This document shows positions 19,093-29,800 of a stretch of 64,000 nucleotides of DNA, in pieces. The stretch spans positions 2,400,001-2,464,000 of the forward strand of contig OZ242358.1 of assembly GCA_965208835.1 (NCBI GenBank), in the 5' to 3' direction. The translations under genes were made by a program, and so were the position numbers. Numbering within the stretch: the first letter of the stretch is position 1; each line of letters starts with the position of its first letter. The notes beneath the pieces were generated by a model. That model saw only the letters and a list, made by a program, of their open reading frames with translations, was not told the DNA's origin and ran no database searches. Source of the DNA: Candidatus Latescibacterota bacterium (GTDB taxonomy: Bacteria > Latescibacterota > UBA2968 > GCA-2709665).

Positions 19093-20415
19093 TCAGTCCA
19101 TCAGGCGGGCATTGTACTGGCGGGGGCCGGGCCGATAACCGGAGTAGGCGCCCGGATCAAACGGCGCGGGCGTATAGATGTAGACTGAGTCCGACCAGGG
19201 GTTGTACACCAGCAGGTCCTCGCGATCGTCGCCGCAGAGGTTGGCGGGTACGGCGTGATACCAGCCCATTTTCTCGGGACCGGCCGGCGGCGGCAGATCC
19301 GGAAGAATCACCGCGGGATCGCCGTTGCCGTGGAAGAGCATCCCGCCGTTATACAGCATTGCGGGCGCGTCGAATCCGTTCCAGAAGACCGTTTCCATAC
19401 CGGTTTCGTTCGGCGAACGGTTGAGTCGGAATCTACGGACGATCCTGCCGCCGTTATCCGCCAGCAGAACGTCGGGGTGGTGTCCGAGATAGCGAATAGC
19501 CATTTGAGGCGCGGGTTCGTCCGGCAGGAAGGTGGCCACCCTGACTTCCTGCCCGTGCGGGACCTTGTCCTCCCCAAGCGCCAGAACGACACCACCGTCC
19601 GCATCCAGAACGTGACCGCCGCCGGAGCAGATGGCGCGCACGCGTCCGTCGTCCCACGGCTGGATGCATACGGAGTCCATATTCGGCGCGAGCTGACGCT
19701 CCCAGCGCGGTGCGCCGTCGGGGTCCAGGATAAAATAGCCTCCCAGGATCTCGTCCCGACCGTCGCCGTTCAGGTCGCCCACGGCCGGTATGTACGCGGA
19801 ACAGCGGCTGTATTCGTTCCACGGGATGATGTATTCCCAGAGCAGGTTCAGGCGATGGTCGAACGCCAGGACCCGTTCGCCCAGCTTGACCACGATATCC
19901 TGGGGAACGGCCGTGCCTCTGAGGTTGGCAATGAACAGGCGCTGATGAAACCAGTTGGCGCCCCAGCCGCGGCAGGCCTTCAGAATCTCCGGCCGGGATT
20001 CCTGCTTCAGCGCACCGGTTGCGCCCTCGCGTATCTGGATTGTAACATCCCCTAGGGACTCTCTGGCCGTGGCGCCGTCCGGGCGATGGAAGAAGCAGAT
20101 CACCTCGCTATTGCCGTCCGCGTCCACGTCGTGGATGGACACGGAAGCGGGCCGGAGGGGCTGGGCGCCACCTCTGCCGTGCCGCCAGAGAATCTCCCCG
20201 TCGAGGGTAAAGGCGCCAAGAAAGCAGGGCTTGAGTTCACTTGCCGCATCGCAGCGGTAGACCAGCAGATCGGGACGGCCGTCTCCCGTCAGGTCTCCCA
20301 GCCGGATATCCCCGCCGAAGCGCAGGTTCCGACCCTCGAATCCGGCGTCCGTCAGGAGCGCGCCTGGAATCCGGACTCGCCGGTGAAGAATGGCCGGGGC
20401 GGCGTCGAGCATCAT
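19093..20415 (-). CDS. FG-GAP-like beta-propeller protein, rhamnogalacturonan lyase (PL11)-like
   Basis: GDLTGDGRPD, DVDADGNSE, GDLNGDGRDEI, NLCGDDREDL Ca-binding repeats; no signal peptide. Confidence 0.65.
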   Translation of the reverse strand: MMLDAAPAILHRRVRIPGALLTDAGFEGRNLRFGGDIRLGDLTGDGRPDLLVYRCDAASELKPCFLGAFTLDGEILWRHGRGGAQPLRPASVSIHDVDADGNSEVICFFHRPDGATARESLGDVTIQIREGATGALKQESRPEILKACRGWGANWFHQRLFIANLRGTAVPQDIVVKLGERVLAFDHRLNLLWEYIIPWNEYSRCSAYIPAVGDLNGDGRDEILGGYFILDPDGAPRWERQLAPNMDSVCIQPWDDGRVRAICSGGGHVLDADGGVVLALGEDKVPHGQEVRVATFLPDEPAPQMAIRYLGHHPDVLLADNGGRIVRRFRLNRSPNETGMETVFWNGFDAPAMLYNGGMLFHGNGDPAVILPDLPPPAGPEKMGWYHAVPANLCGDDREDLLVYNPWSDSVYIYTPAPFDPGAYSGYRPGPRQYNARLMD

Positions 20416-20489
20416 CCGGGTCCCGGGCTATCGGCCGAACGAAGGACAGGCATGTTAGCTGTTTCCGGGTGTTTTTGTGCGGGGCCGGA

Positions 20490-20795
20490 CTAATCCTGCC
20501 GGCTGGCTTCGTGCTTGCGCCGAAGCCTGAGCACGCGCTCGAATTTTTCCGACAGGCTCTCTCCCGGGCGGGAAAACCGGAGCATGGTTTCGTGAGCCAT
20601 GACCATCATGGTGCCAAGTTCCGGGTCGGGATACCGGCAGAAGCTGTGCTTGACTTCCTCTCCGGTAACGCAGCAGTGAGTTTCAAGCGGGAATTCGAAA
20701 TCGCCGTCGAGCAGACTGCCCGATTTGGATCCGACTTCCGACTCGTTATCGGCTGGAAGCTTGTAGTCGGTATAGAACTGATTCTTGTCTGACAT
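20490..20795 (-). CDS. Hypothetical protein (101 aa)
   Basis: AGGAG RBS before ATG 20795 (MSDKNQFY...). Confidence 0.65.
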   Translation of the reverse strand: MSDKNQFYTDYKLPADNESEVGSKSGSLLDGDFEFPLETHCCVTGEEVKHSFCRYPDPELGTMMVMAHETMLRFSRPGESLSEKFERVLRLRRKHEASRQD

Positions 20796-21279
20796 TGGAT
20801 CTGGACTCCTTGAGGATGGTTGCCTGGTTGCCGGCGGGTCTTCCTTAACCCGAAAAGGCGTCCTGAACAACGATGGTTCCGGCGCGCGAACGACAGCGGG
20901 GAAATATATACCGGTGGACCGCTGATTGTCAACAGAAACAGACGAAAACGGGGGAGGCGTGCCCGGGAGCCGCAGGTGCCGCCGCGCATTGGATGTGTCC
21001 GCAGCGAGTTGCGTTCAACCGGTCAAACCGGTGCGTTGCGCGGGATTCGCTGAGTTTGCGAAAGTGCATTGGGCTTGATTTCAGGGACCGGAATTGCTTA
21101 TTTTTCTGTCGACTTCCTCACGGGTCGGCCGTGACTCCTGCGCCCGTCGGGGCGAAGTGGATTTACCGATCCGCGATGGCGTCGGCGGGCGGGGCGTGAC
21201 GGAGCGGTTGTCAAACCGTCAATAAGGAGGCGCGGCCGGCGCCACGGACGTACAGAGGCGCATTTGCGCTGGAGGGTGA

Positions 21280-22800
21280 ATGGATATCGATCTGCTGCTC
21301 ACATGGTTCCAGACAGCTTTGCTTATACTATACAGTGTGACGCTCGGCCTGCTGTTGATCTTCAGTCTTCACCGGCACGTGATGGTGCGGCTGTATTTCA
21401 AGAATCGGCGCAAGCGTCCGGTCCCGATTGGCCGATTCGACGAATTGCCGCTGGTGACGGTGCAGCTGCCCATCTACAACGAACTGTACGTGGTTGAACG
21501 GCTGATCCGGGCGGTGGCGGACATGAATTACCCGCGAGATCGTCTGGAAATCCAGGTCCTGGACGATTCGACGGACGAAACGACGGAAGTGGCAAAGCGT
21601 TGCGTGGCGGAGTTGCGGGAGGCGGGGCACGACATCGTCTACCTGCATCGCACCGAACGAACGGGATATAAAGCAGGCGCTCTCGCCGAAGGTCTGCGGG
21701 TCGCCAGGGGCGAATACGTGGCGCTGTTCGACGCCGATTTTCTGCCCCCCGGTGAGTTCCTCAAGAAGACGATTCACTATTTCACCGATGAGGGCGTAGG
21801 ACTCGTGCAGGCCAGGTGGGAGCACCTCAACCGCGATTATTCACTGCTCACGCAGGTGCAGGCGATATTCCTCGATGGGCATTTTATGATGGAACACGGC
21901 GCCCGCAGCAGAGCCGGCCTGTTTTTCAATTTCAACGGCACCGCAGGCATCTGGAGAAGGCAGTGTATCGACGACGCGGGAGGATGGGAGAACGATACGC
22001 TGACGGAAGACCTGGATCTGAGCTATCGGGCTCAGTTGGCGGGCTGGCGCTTTCTGTTTCTGGACGACCTGGCTGCGCCGGCAGAACTGCCGGTGGAAAT
22101 GAACGCGTGGAAAACCCAGCAGTTCCGCTGGTCCAAGGGCTCTGCGCAGACGGCGCGCAAACTCGTCGGACGCGTTCTGCGTGCGAGCCTGCCGTGGCGG
22201 GTGAAGCTCGAAGCGCTGATCCATCTGAACGGCAATTTCGCCTATTTGCTGATGGCATTGCTGGCGGCGCTGATCTTCCCCGCGGTACTCGCCCGCCTGG
22301 ATCTGGGGTGGTTCCGGGTGGTGTTCGTCGACATTCCGCTGTTTGTTTCCGCGACAGGGGCGGTCTCCCGGTTCTATATCTATTCACAGAAGGAACTCTA
22401 TCCTGACTGGAGGCGCCGCATCAAATATATGCCCTGCGTACTCGCCGCGGGTATGGGGATCTCGTTCAACAACGCCCGGGCCGTACTCGAGGCGCTGGCA
22501 GGCCACCAGACGGAGTTTCGGCGCACGCCCAAATACCAGGTCGTGGACCGCGGGGATACCTGGCGTGGCAAGCGGTACGCGGTACACAAGAACGTGCTTT
22601 CTCTCCTTGAACTCGCCGTTGGGTTGTATTTTCTGTGGGTGATCGGCTTTGCGATCAACCACTCGATCTATTTCCCGGTCCCGTTTCTCGCGCTTTTCGG
22701 CTTGGGTTTCTTTTACGTGGGGTGGATGTCAATATTCCAGGGGCGTTTTCAACGGCTGCGTGCGGCGCTCTCCAGAACCGAAGCGCCCGCGGCGGATTGA
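21280..22800 (+). CDS. Processive glycosyltransferase family 2 (cellulose synthase/CslA-like)
   Basis: QLPIYNE, LDDSTD, KAGAL, FDADF, TEDLDLS, QQFRW (D,D,D,QxxRW) plus transmembrane helices. Confidence 0.93.
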   Translation: MDIDLLLTWFQTALLILYSVTLGLLLIFSLHRHVMVRLYFKNRRKRPVPIGRFDELPLVTVQLPIYNELYVVERLIRAVADMNYPRDRLEIQVLDDSTDETTEVAKRCVAELREAGHDIVYLHRTERTGYKAGALAEGLRVARGEYVALFDADFLPPGEFLKKTIHYFTDEGVGLVQARWEHLNRDYSLLTQVQAIFLDGHFMMEHGARSRAGLFFNFNGTAGIWRRQCIDDAGGWENDTLTEDLDLSYRAQLAGWRFLFLDDLAAPAELPVEMNAWKTQQFRWSKGSAQTARKLVGRVLRASLPWRVKLEALIHLNGNFAYLLMALLAALIFPAVLARLDLGWFRVVFVDIPLFVSATGAVSRFYIYSQKELYPDWRRRIKYMPCVLAAGMGISFNNARAVLEALAGHQTEFRRTPKYQVVDRGDTWRGKRYAVHKNVLSLLELAVGLYFLWVIGFAINHSIYFPVPFLALFGLGFFYVGWMSIFQGRFQRLRAALSRTEAPAAD

Positions 22801-23050
22801 GCCCTCCCGATCATCAACGAATTCCGGGCCCGGCGAGGTAGCTGTCGCCGGGCCATTGTCTTTGCCGTCGCGGGATCGAATAGCGAGGCGACGCAGCGGG
22901 ACGGCTGCCGAGCGCCCCGGCTTCGGTCGAGCCGCCTTGCCCTTTCGACCCGCCACGCTTCTCTTATGGGGCTTTGTTCTTGTTTATCCATCGGGTTACA
23001 CTATATTTATTGACAGCCGGCGGTCCGTTGACCATGCGGGATTCCTATTT

Positions 23051-23944
23051 ATGGCGCATATCGGACGTTTTTTCGCGAATCGCTATACCCTCGCGTACGG
23101 TGCGGCACTGGCCGTTCATCTGCTGTTCTTTGTCTTCTACGTGCCCCTCTTGAGCCTTGTACCTCAATCGCGTATCGATCCGCCTGCCCACGAGTCGAGT
23201 CCGATGTTCTTCGAGTTCGTCGATTTGCCCCACACCGCGCCGGACGAACAGCCGCCGGAAGCGACAACCTTGCGGTCCGACCGTTCCTCCCGGGCCAGGG
23301 ACCGGCACGAACCGGAACTGCCGGAATCCCACCTGCCCTACATCGACGGTCTCGTGCAGTCCCCGTCGCAGCCCCGAACCGGGATCGGCCGGGAGGGCGA
23401 AAGGGGTAAGCGGGGCGAGGCCGATGCCGACATGGAAGTCGACCGGAGTCTGCGCGCCGATGCCAAAGACGAGGCGGTCTCCACGGATTCCGCGCCGCTC
23501 TTGAAGCAAAGGAACGCGTGGTCACCCGAACCATCGAAGAGCGCATTGTTCGGACGTCCGGACGAGCCCGGCGTCATACCGATGAAAAATTTGCAGAGTC
23601 ACGCCCTCGAGCAGGGGGGGCTGCAGCTCAGTACGTATGACTGGGAGTTTGCGCCGTATCTGGCCTATCTCAAACGCCACATCGGAGACCATATTCATCC
23701 GCCGGCTGCATTTACGCAGTTGGGACTGATCCAGGGCAAAACGCGGCTGAGATTCAGGATTATGCCTGACGGCAGCCTCGTGAAACTGGAAGTTGTCGGC
23801 TTCGAAGGCAGCCCGTACCTTCGGGATACCAGCACTCGCGCGGTAGAGCTGTCGGCCGATTTCCGACCTCTGCCGGCGCATTTTCCGGACGACTATCTGG
23901 AAATTTCCGCCCTGTTTCACTATCTGATACTCGATTCCCGTTAA
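23051..23944 (+). CDS. TonB/TolA-like energy transducer
   Basis: N-terminal anchor with ALAVHL, Pro/charged linker, TonB_C-like C-terminus (LRFRIMPDG...FRPLP); directly upstream of exbB/exbD. Confidence 0.75.
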   Translation: MAHIGRFFANRYTLAYGAALAVHLLFFVFYVPLLSLVPQSRIDPPAHESSPMFFEFVDLPHTAPDEQPPEATTLRSDRSSRARDRHEPELPESHLPYIDGLVQSPSQPRTGIGREGERGKRGEADADMEVDRSLRADAKDEAVSTDSAPLLKQRNAWSPEPSKSALFGRPDEPGVIPMKNLQSHALEQGGLQLSTYDWEFAPYLAYLKRHIGDHIHPPAAFTQLGLIQGKTRLRFRIMPDGSLVKLEVVGFEGSPYLRDTSTRAVELSADFRPLPAHFPDDYLEISALFHYLILDSR

Positions 23945-24139
23945 CCTCATTTCCGCAAAAGCCGCAACGCGGCACCGCGACGAAACCCTTCGAAACGGGC
24001 CGAATTGGTCGTCATGAAGGACATTTTTTCAGTTGACGTCCAGCAACCTGGTGTATCCTGGTAATCAGCAGTTTAATCGCCTTTTTCAACTTACATATAT
24101 TCGATTTAACGTCCACGAAGACATACGAATCCTGGTTAA
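23941..24139 (+). mobile_element. MITE family B (about 200 bp, TTAA ends), copy 1
   Basis: Collinear with 37866-38063; imperfect terminal inverted repeats TTAACCTCATTTCCGC / TACGAATCCTGGTTAA; the left TTAA contains the tonB stop. Confidence 0.7.
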
Positions 24140-24154
24140 CACCGGAGCTGCCGT

Positions 24155-24781
24155 ATGGGATGGGAGCTGTTCGAGCAGGGGGGTCTGATGATGTATCCCC
24201 TTTCTCTGTGTTCGATCCTCACCCTGGCCATCACGCTGGAACGGGCGTTCAGTCTGCGCCGCCATCGGATCATTCGAGGAGAGATCGTCAGCGTGATCGA
24301 GAACATAAAGGGTCCCGAGGACATCGGGCTTGCGGTCTCGGTCTGCAACCAGTACGAAGGACCGTTCGCCCAGGTTGTCCGCATAGGTCTGGAGAGCCGC
24401 TACCTGCCCCCTGAAGAAATAAGAGAGAGCATTGTCGATCAGGGCCGACAGGAAATGGGAAAGCTGCAGAAGGGAATCGTTGTTCTGGAGACCGTGGCCA
24501 GCGTTTCTCCGCTTCTGGGGCTGCTGGGTACGGTGCTGGGGATGATCAAGGTCTTTCGGGAGATTTCGGAAGTCGGCGTCGGACAGGGCAACCTGCTCGC
24601 GGGAGGTATCGCGGAGGCGATCCTGACAACCGGAGCCGGGCTGTTTATCGCGATACCGTCCCTGGTTTTCTTCAATTATTTCAGCAGCAAGGCGGAGAGT
24701 CTGGTCCTGGAGATCGAGAAGTATTCCAACGCGCTTCTGAAGAAGCTTCGGGGCTTCCAGGATAAGGGACCGGAAGGATAA
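24155..24781 (+). CDS. exbB: MotA/TolQ/ExbB proton channel protein
   Basis: SPLLGLLGTVLGMI and GIAEAILTTGAGL motifs. Confidence 0.92.
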   Translation: MGWELFEQGGLMMYPLSLCSILTLAITLERAFSLRRHRIIRGEIVSVIENIKGPEDIGLAVSVCNQYEGPFAQVVRIGLESRYLPPEEIRESIVDQGRQEMGKLQKGIVVLETVASVSPLLGLLGTVLGMIKVFREISEVGVGQGNLLAGGIAEAILTTGAGLFIAIPSLVFFNYFSSKAESLVLEIEKYSNALLKKLRGFQDKGPEG

Positions 24782-24792
24782 AGGACGGCGGC

Positions 24793-25206
24793 ATGCAGTT
24801 TTATCAGAAACCCAAACGTCGGCCGTACATCAATATCACGTCGCTGATCGACGTTCTTTTCCTGCTGCTTACGTTTTTTCTCGTGACGACGTCTTTCATC
24901 GAGCAATCCGCATTGAAGGTGGAACTACCGTCCATGGAAAACGCGGACCGTGTCCAACAGCCGAAACGCTTTGTGCTGGATGTGGCTCCGGACGGCGGGA
25001 TCCAATACGACGGCCAGCCGGTCGAACGCGCCGCGCTGGGCGTCCGGTTGCAGACGGCTTCGGACGAGATCAACGCCTCCGGCGGCCTTGTGTTGCGCGC
25101 CGACCGTAACCTCCCCCACGGCGATGTGATGGGCGTTCTGGATATTATACGGGGAGCGGGGATCACGCGTTTCGTAATCGCGACGGCCACTACCGGTCCC
25201 GGTTGA
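24793..25206 (+). CDS. exbD: ExbD/TolR protein
   Basis: INITSLIDVLFLLLTFF, LRADRNLPHG. Confidence 0.92.
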   Translation: MQFYQKPKRRPYINITSLIDVLFLLLTFFLVTTSFIEQSALKVELPSMENADRVQQPKRFVLDVAPDGGIQYDGQPVERAALGVRLQTASDEINASGGLVLRADRNLPHGDVMGVLDIIRGAGITRFVIATATTGPG

Positions 25207-25396
25207 AGACAGTTCAGTCAGAAAGAACGCAAACCTGCCTGATTTCCTCTTGAAGTGTGTCTTGAGGGTTCGGAAACACGGTCATAATCCAATGTATCGG
25301 CTAGCGGCTGGAGTGACCGAATACAACTGTGCCGATTGCGTGACGGTGTGCCGTCGTTCGTGCGTCAAATTGTGTGCTGCTGTATGTAGTCGACTA

Positions 25397-25557
25397 CTGG
25401 TGTCCTGTCCCGGAAATTCCTCACCATTCGACCGCCGATTCATCCTGTCTCGCTACGTTCCCCTCGCTCGCCGACCTTACACAGGTCAGTGGCGCCTCGC
25501 GAGCCAGGCGACTCGACTGTTGGATTCAGGCAACTTATTTCCGGGACAGAACACTAG
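25397..25557 (+). mobile_element. MITE family A (about 160 bp, CTAG-type ends), copy 1
   Basis: Terminal inverted repeats CTGGTGTCCTGTCCCGGAAAT / ATTTCCGGGACAGAACACTAG; homologous to 31004-31205, 55777-55936 and 60539-60795. Confidence 0.85.
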
Positions 25558-25584
25558 CGCGGACTGGGTTCCGCAGGGGGATGC

Positions 25585-26892
25585 ATGTTCCGATTTCAAC
25601 GATGGTGCGTCGTTGGCGTTATTGCGGCTTTAACAGGGTGCGGAGAGGGTGAAAGAGGTCCGGCACGCCGCGGCGAGCAGCGCCGCGGCGCGGCGGTGCC
25701 TGTAAGGGTCGAACCCGTGAATCGTCGAGATATTTCGAGTTCAATTCTGGCCAATACAACGCTGGAGGCGTTTCAGTGGGTCGAGGTGCGTTCCAGGGCG
25801 TCCGGCCAGGTTGTGGAGATCCTCAAAGAAGAGGGTGACCGGATAAACGTGGGCACGTTGCTGGCGCGTCTGGATTCCGAGGAGCCGGCGCTTCAGGTCA
25901 AACGAATGGAGGTTGCCTACCAGGAGGCGCGCCGCGCCTTCGATCGAGACGAAAAGCTGTATAAACGGGAACTCCTGAGCAAGGAAAGGCACGAGAGTTC
26001 GAAAGGGCAGATGGACCGGGCGCAAACCGAGCTGGAACAGGCGCGCTTGAACCTGAGCTATACTTCGATCGTCTCGCCCCTGGCAGGCACGGTGACCATT
26101 CGAAGTGTGGAGGTTGGCAACATGGTTACCGCGAATCAGGCGGTATTCTCGGTGGCCGACTTCGACCCACTTCTGGCGCGCATCCGGATTCCGGAAAAGA
26201 ACATGGGCAAAGTGGCGATCGGTCAGGGCGCCAGGGTCTCGGTGGAATCCGCTCCGGGCCGGCTGTTCCGCGGCGTCGTGAAAATGATCAGTCCCGTTGT
26301 GGATCCGGAAAGTGGAACCATCAAGGTCACCATCCGGATTCCGGGCCGCGGAAACGGCATCCTCCGGCCCGGTATGTTTGCATCTGTACATATCATCACC
26401 GAGGTGCATCGGAATACACTGGTGATTCCCAAGAAAGCGCTCGTTCACGAGGGCGAAGTAAATCAGGTGTTCGTATACGAACGGGACGGCGATAAGAGTG
26501 GGGGAACGGCGGTCCGCAGGAAGGTGGAAATGGGGTTTTCCGACAACGAGTACTTGGAGATCCTGAATGGCCTTACTGAGGGCGAGCAAGTCATCACCGT
26601 CGGTCACGAAGGCCTTCGTCCGGGTACGGCCGTGCGTCTGGTCGGCGAAGGGGTTCCGGCAACGACCGCGGCCGGGGCGCGGAAGGGAGGCGGCCGCCCT
26701 GACGGCGATGATAATCAGATGAAAGCGATGAAGGAACGGATGTTCGCCCGGTTTCCCGATCTGAAGAAGGCATACGACGCACGTGTCAAGGGAGACCCGG
26801 ATCTCGCGACAAGCGGCGAAAAATGGCGTGCGTTCATGGGTGAAATGCGGCGGAAGGGCGTCCTGCCGTCCAGAGGCGGGAGACCGCAATGA
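25585..26892 (+). CDS. RND efflux periplasmic adaptor (MFP), lipoprotein
   Basis: Lipobox LTGC; lipoyl motifs (EEGDRINVG.LL, SPLAGTV), LRPGMF. Confidence 0.92.
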   Translation: MFRFQRWCVVGVIAALTGCGEGERGPARRGEQRRGAAVPVRVEPVNRRDISSSILANTTLEAFQWVEVRSRASGQVVEILKEEGDRINVGTLLARLDSEEPALQVKRMEVAYQEARRAFDRDEKLYKRELLSKERHESSKGQMDRAQTELEQARLNLSYTSIVSPLAGTVTIRSVEVGNMVTANQAVFSVADFDPLLARIRIPEKNMGKVAIGQGARVSVESAPGRLFRGVVKMISPVVDPESGTIKVTIRIPGRGNGILRPGMFASVHIITEVHRNTLVIPKKALVHEGEVNQVFVYERDGDKSGGTAVRRKVEMGFSDNEYLEILNGLTEGEQVITVGHEGLRPGTAVRLVGEGVPATTAAGARKGGGRPDGDDNQMKAMKERMFARFPDLKKAYDARVKGDPDLATSGEKWRAFMGEMRRKGVLPSRGGRPQ

Positions 26893-29800
26893 AGCTGATC
26901 GCATTCTCGACGCGCCGTCGGGTGACGGTTACGATGTTTGTCGTCGCCGCCGTGATTTTCGGTCTGGTTGCGTTCCGTCGGCTTTCGATCAATCTGCTGC
27001 CTGATATAACGTATCCCACGCTGACCGTTCGTACCGAATACGAGGGTACGTCCCCGTCGGAGATGGAACGTCTGGTGACGGAGCCGGTGGAGGGTGCCGT
27101 AGGGGTGGTGACGAATGTCGTCCGGGTGAGTTCCACGTCCCGACCGGGAGTTTCCGAGGTGGTCGTGGAGTTTTCCTGGGGAACGGACATGGACTTCGCA
27201 TCACTGGACATCAGGGAAAAACTGGACCGGTTGCAACTCCCGCAGGGGGCGGAAAAACCGGTCCTGCTGCGTTTCGATCCATCGCTGGATCCGATCATGC
27301 GGATAGGGCTATATGGTCCCGAAGGTCTGGTCGCCCTTCGTTTGTTGGCCGAGGACCATATCAAACTGGACCTTGAAAGCCTGGAGGGCGTCGCGGCGGC
27401 ACGCGTAAACGGAGGGCTTGAAGAGGAAATACAGATTGAACTGGATGAACCCAGGCTCGCGTCGCTGCGCATCCCGGTTCCGCAGGTCGTCGCGCGTCTT
27501 GCACAGGAAAACGTGAACCTGACCGGCGGTCAACTGAAGGACGGCGAGGCGGAGTACGTCGTGAGGACTGTCAATGAGTTTCGTTCGGTGGAGGAGATTC
27601 GGGATATCGTTGTCGGAGAACGTCAGGACGCCGCGATTACCCTCGCCGACGTGGGCCGCGTCTTCAGGGGACACAAGGAGCGTAAGGTCGTCAACCGAAT
27701 GAACGGGCGCGAGAGCGTGGAACTGGCCGTATACAAGGAGGGCGACGCCAATACCGTGACCGTGGCTGCGCGGATAAACGGGGCGCTGGAGCGTATTGAG
27801 AAGGAGGCCGGCGCCTTGCCGGCCGGCACCCGTATCGAGGTGGTTTTCAGTCAGGCGACGTTTATCAGGGCGTCTGTCGCGGAAGTACTCAACACGGCAA
27901 TCATGGGCGGGGTTCTGGCCGTGCTGGTGCTTTATCTGTTCCTTGGCAATCCCGGAAGCACCGCGATAATCAGCCTTTCAATTCCGATCTCCGTCGTTTG
28001 CACCTTTCTGCTGATGTTCAGTTCGGATGTCAGCCTGAATATTATGTCTCTCGGCGGATTGGCGCTGGGCATCGGGATGCTGGTGGACAATTCCATTGTT
28101 GTACTCGAAAGCGTACAGCGGTACCGCGAGGAGGGACTGTCGCCGCCGGAGGCGACGGTGAAGGGAGCCGGTGAGGTCGGGAAAGCCGTGGTGGCTTCCA
28201 CCCTGACCACGATCTGCGTCTTCGTGCCCATCGTGTTTGTGGAAGGGATCGCCGGTCAGTTGTTCAGAGACCAGGCGTTGACCGTCACGTTCTCCCTGGT
28301 AGCCTCGCTGCTCGTGGCGCTCACCCTGATTCCCATGCTGGCGTCCTTTGACTTCGGTCGGAAGGTTGCGGCGCCGGGGACGGCAACCGGCCTCCCTCGT
28401 CCCGACTCCGCGTCGGGTCTGATAACGGGGTTGGGCATTATCCTTCGGGCGGGTAGGACGCTGGTTAAAGGGGTAGTCACCCTCCTGAGCCCGGTTTTCT
28501 GGATCTTCGAACGGGCATTGGGTGGCATATATCGAATCTACCCGAGAGTGATCGGCTGGGCTCTCGGACATCGCGCAGTAGTGCTCGTTGTCGCGCTGGC
28601 GCTTGCGGGTGTGTCGGGATTGCTGGCCGGTCTTCTTGGCAGCGAGTTGATTCCGGAGATGAGTCAGGGCGAGTTCAGTATCTCCGTGGCCATGCCGGTG
28701 GGTACCCCTATCGTTGCCACCGAACGGACGATTAGAGGCATGGAACGGATCATTCAGGCTCAGCCGGAGGTGGAACTGGTTTACTGTACCGTCGGTCTGA
28801 GCGGGTCATCCGATGGCTCCGCGGGAGAGGAGCGCGAGAACGTCGGACAGATTCATGTAGCGTTGAAAGAGGGCATTATACGGGCGCGGGAAGATGACGT
28901 AATGGATAGGCTGAGGCGTACGTTCCACGGGATACCCGCGGCAGAGTGCAAATTTGCCCGCCCTTCGTTTTTTTCATCGCGTACGCCTGTGGAGGTCGAG
29001 ATATCGGGATACAACCTCCGTACATTGCAGACGCTTTCGGATGAACTGGCACGCAGGCTGGAGGACGTCCCCGGTCTCGTCGACGTCAAGACCAGCGCGG
29101 AGGGCGGCAGTCCTGAGGTACAGATCCGATTCAATCGAAAGTGGGTCGCGCAGATGGGGACAAGCATCAACGAGATCGGCAGTCTCGTAAGGAACAAGAT
29201 CCAGGGGGAGGTGGCCACGGAGTTCGCCCAGGGCGAAAGGAAGGTGGACATTCGCGTACGTGCGGATGAACGACACCGGGCCACGGTGGAAGACCTCAAA
29301 CGTCTTATCGTGAGCCCGGCGGGCGCGTCGGCCCCAATCCCCCTCGCCGTTGTTGCCGACCTGTCTGTCGAAATGGGGCCTGCCGAGATTCTGAGGGCGG
29401 ATCAGGAGCGGGTCGCGGTCGTCTCCGCGAACCTCGAGGGACGCAGCCTGAGCGAGGCGGTGGCCGACATTGAAAACGTGATTCGTGACATGGTCTATCC
29501 TCCCGATTACCATGTCAAGATCGGCGGCCAGAACGAAGAGCAAAAGCGGTCGTTCGAGAGTATGCAGCTGGCCATTCTGCTGGCGGTATTCCTGGTATAC
29601 CTGGTCATGGCTTCACAGTTCGAGTCGCTGGTCCATCCATTCGTTATCATGTTCTCGATTCCCTTCGGCCTCGTCGGTGTGGTCTGGATGTTGCTGGCTA
29701 CGGGCCAGACGGTGAGCGTGGTGGTTCTGATCGGGCTAATTATGCTGGCGGGAATCGTCGTGAACAACGCGATTGTATTGATCGACTATATCAATGCGCT

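Noticed and set aside
20880-21270. GC-rich intergenic region before GT2 as a candidate ncRNA
   Set aside because: No recognisable RNA family motif and no second copy.
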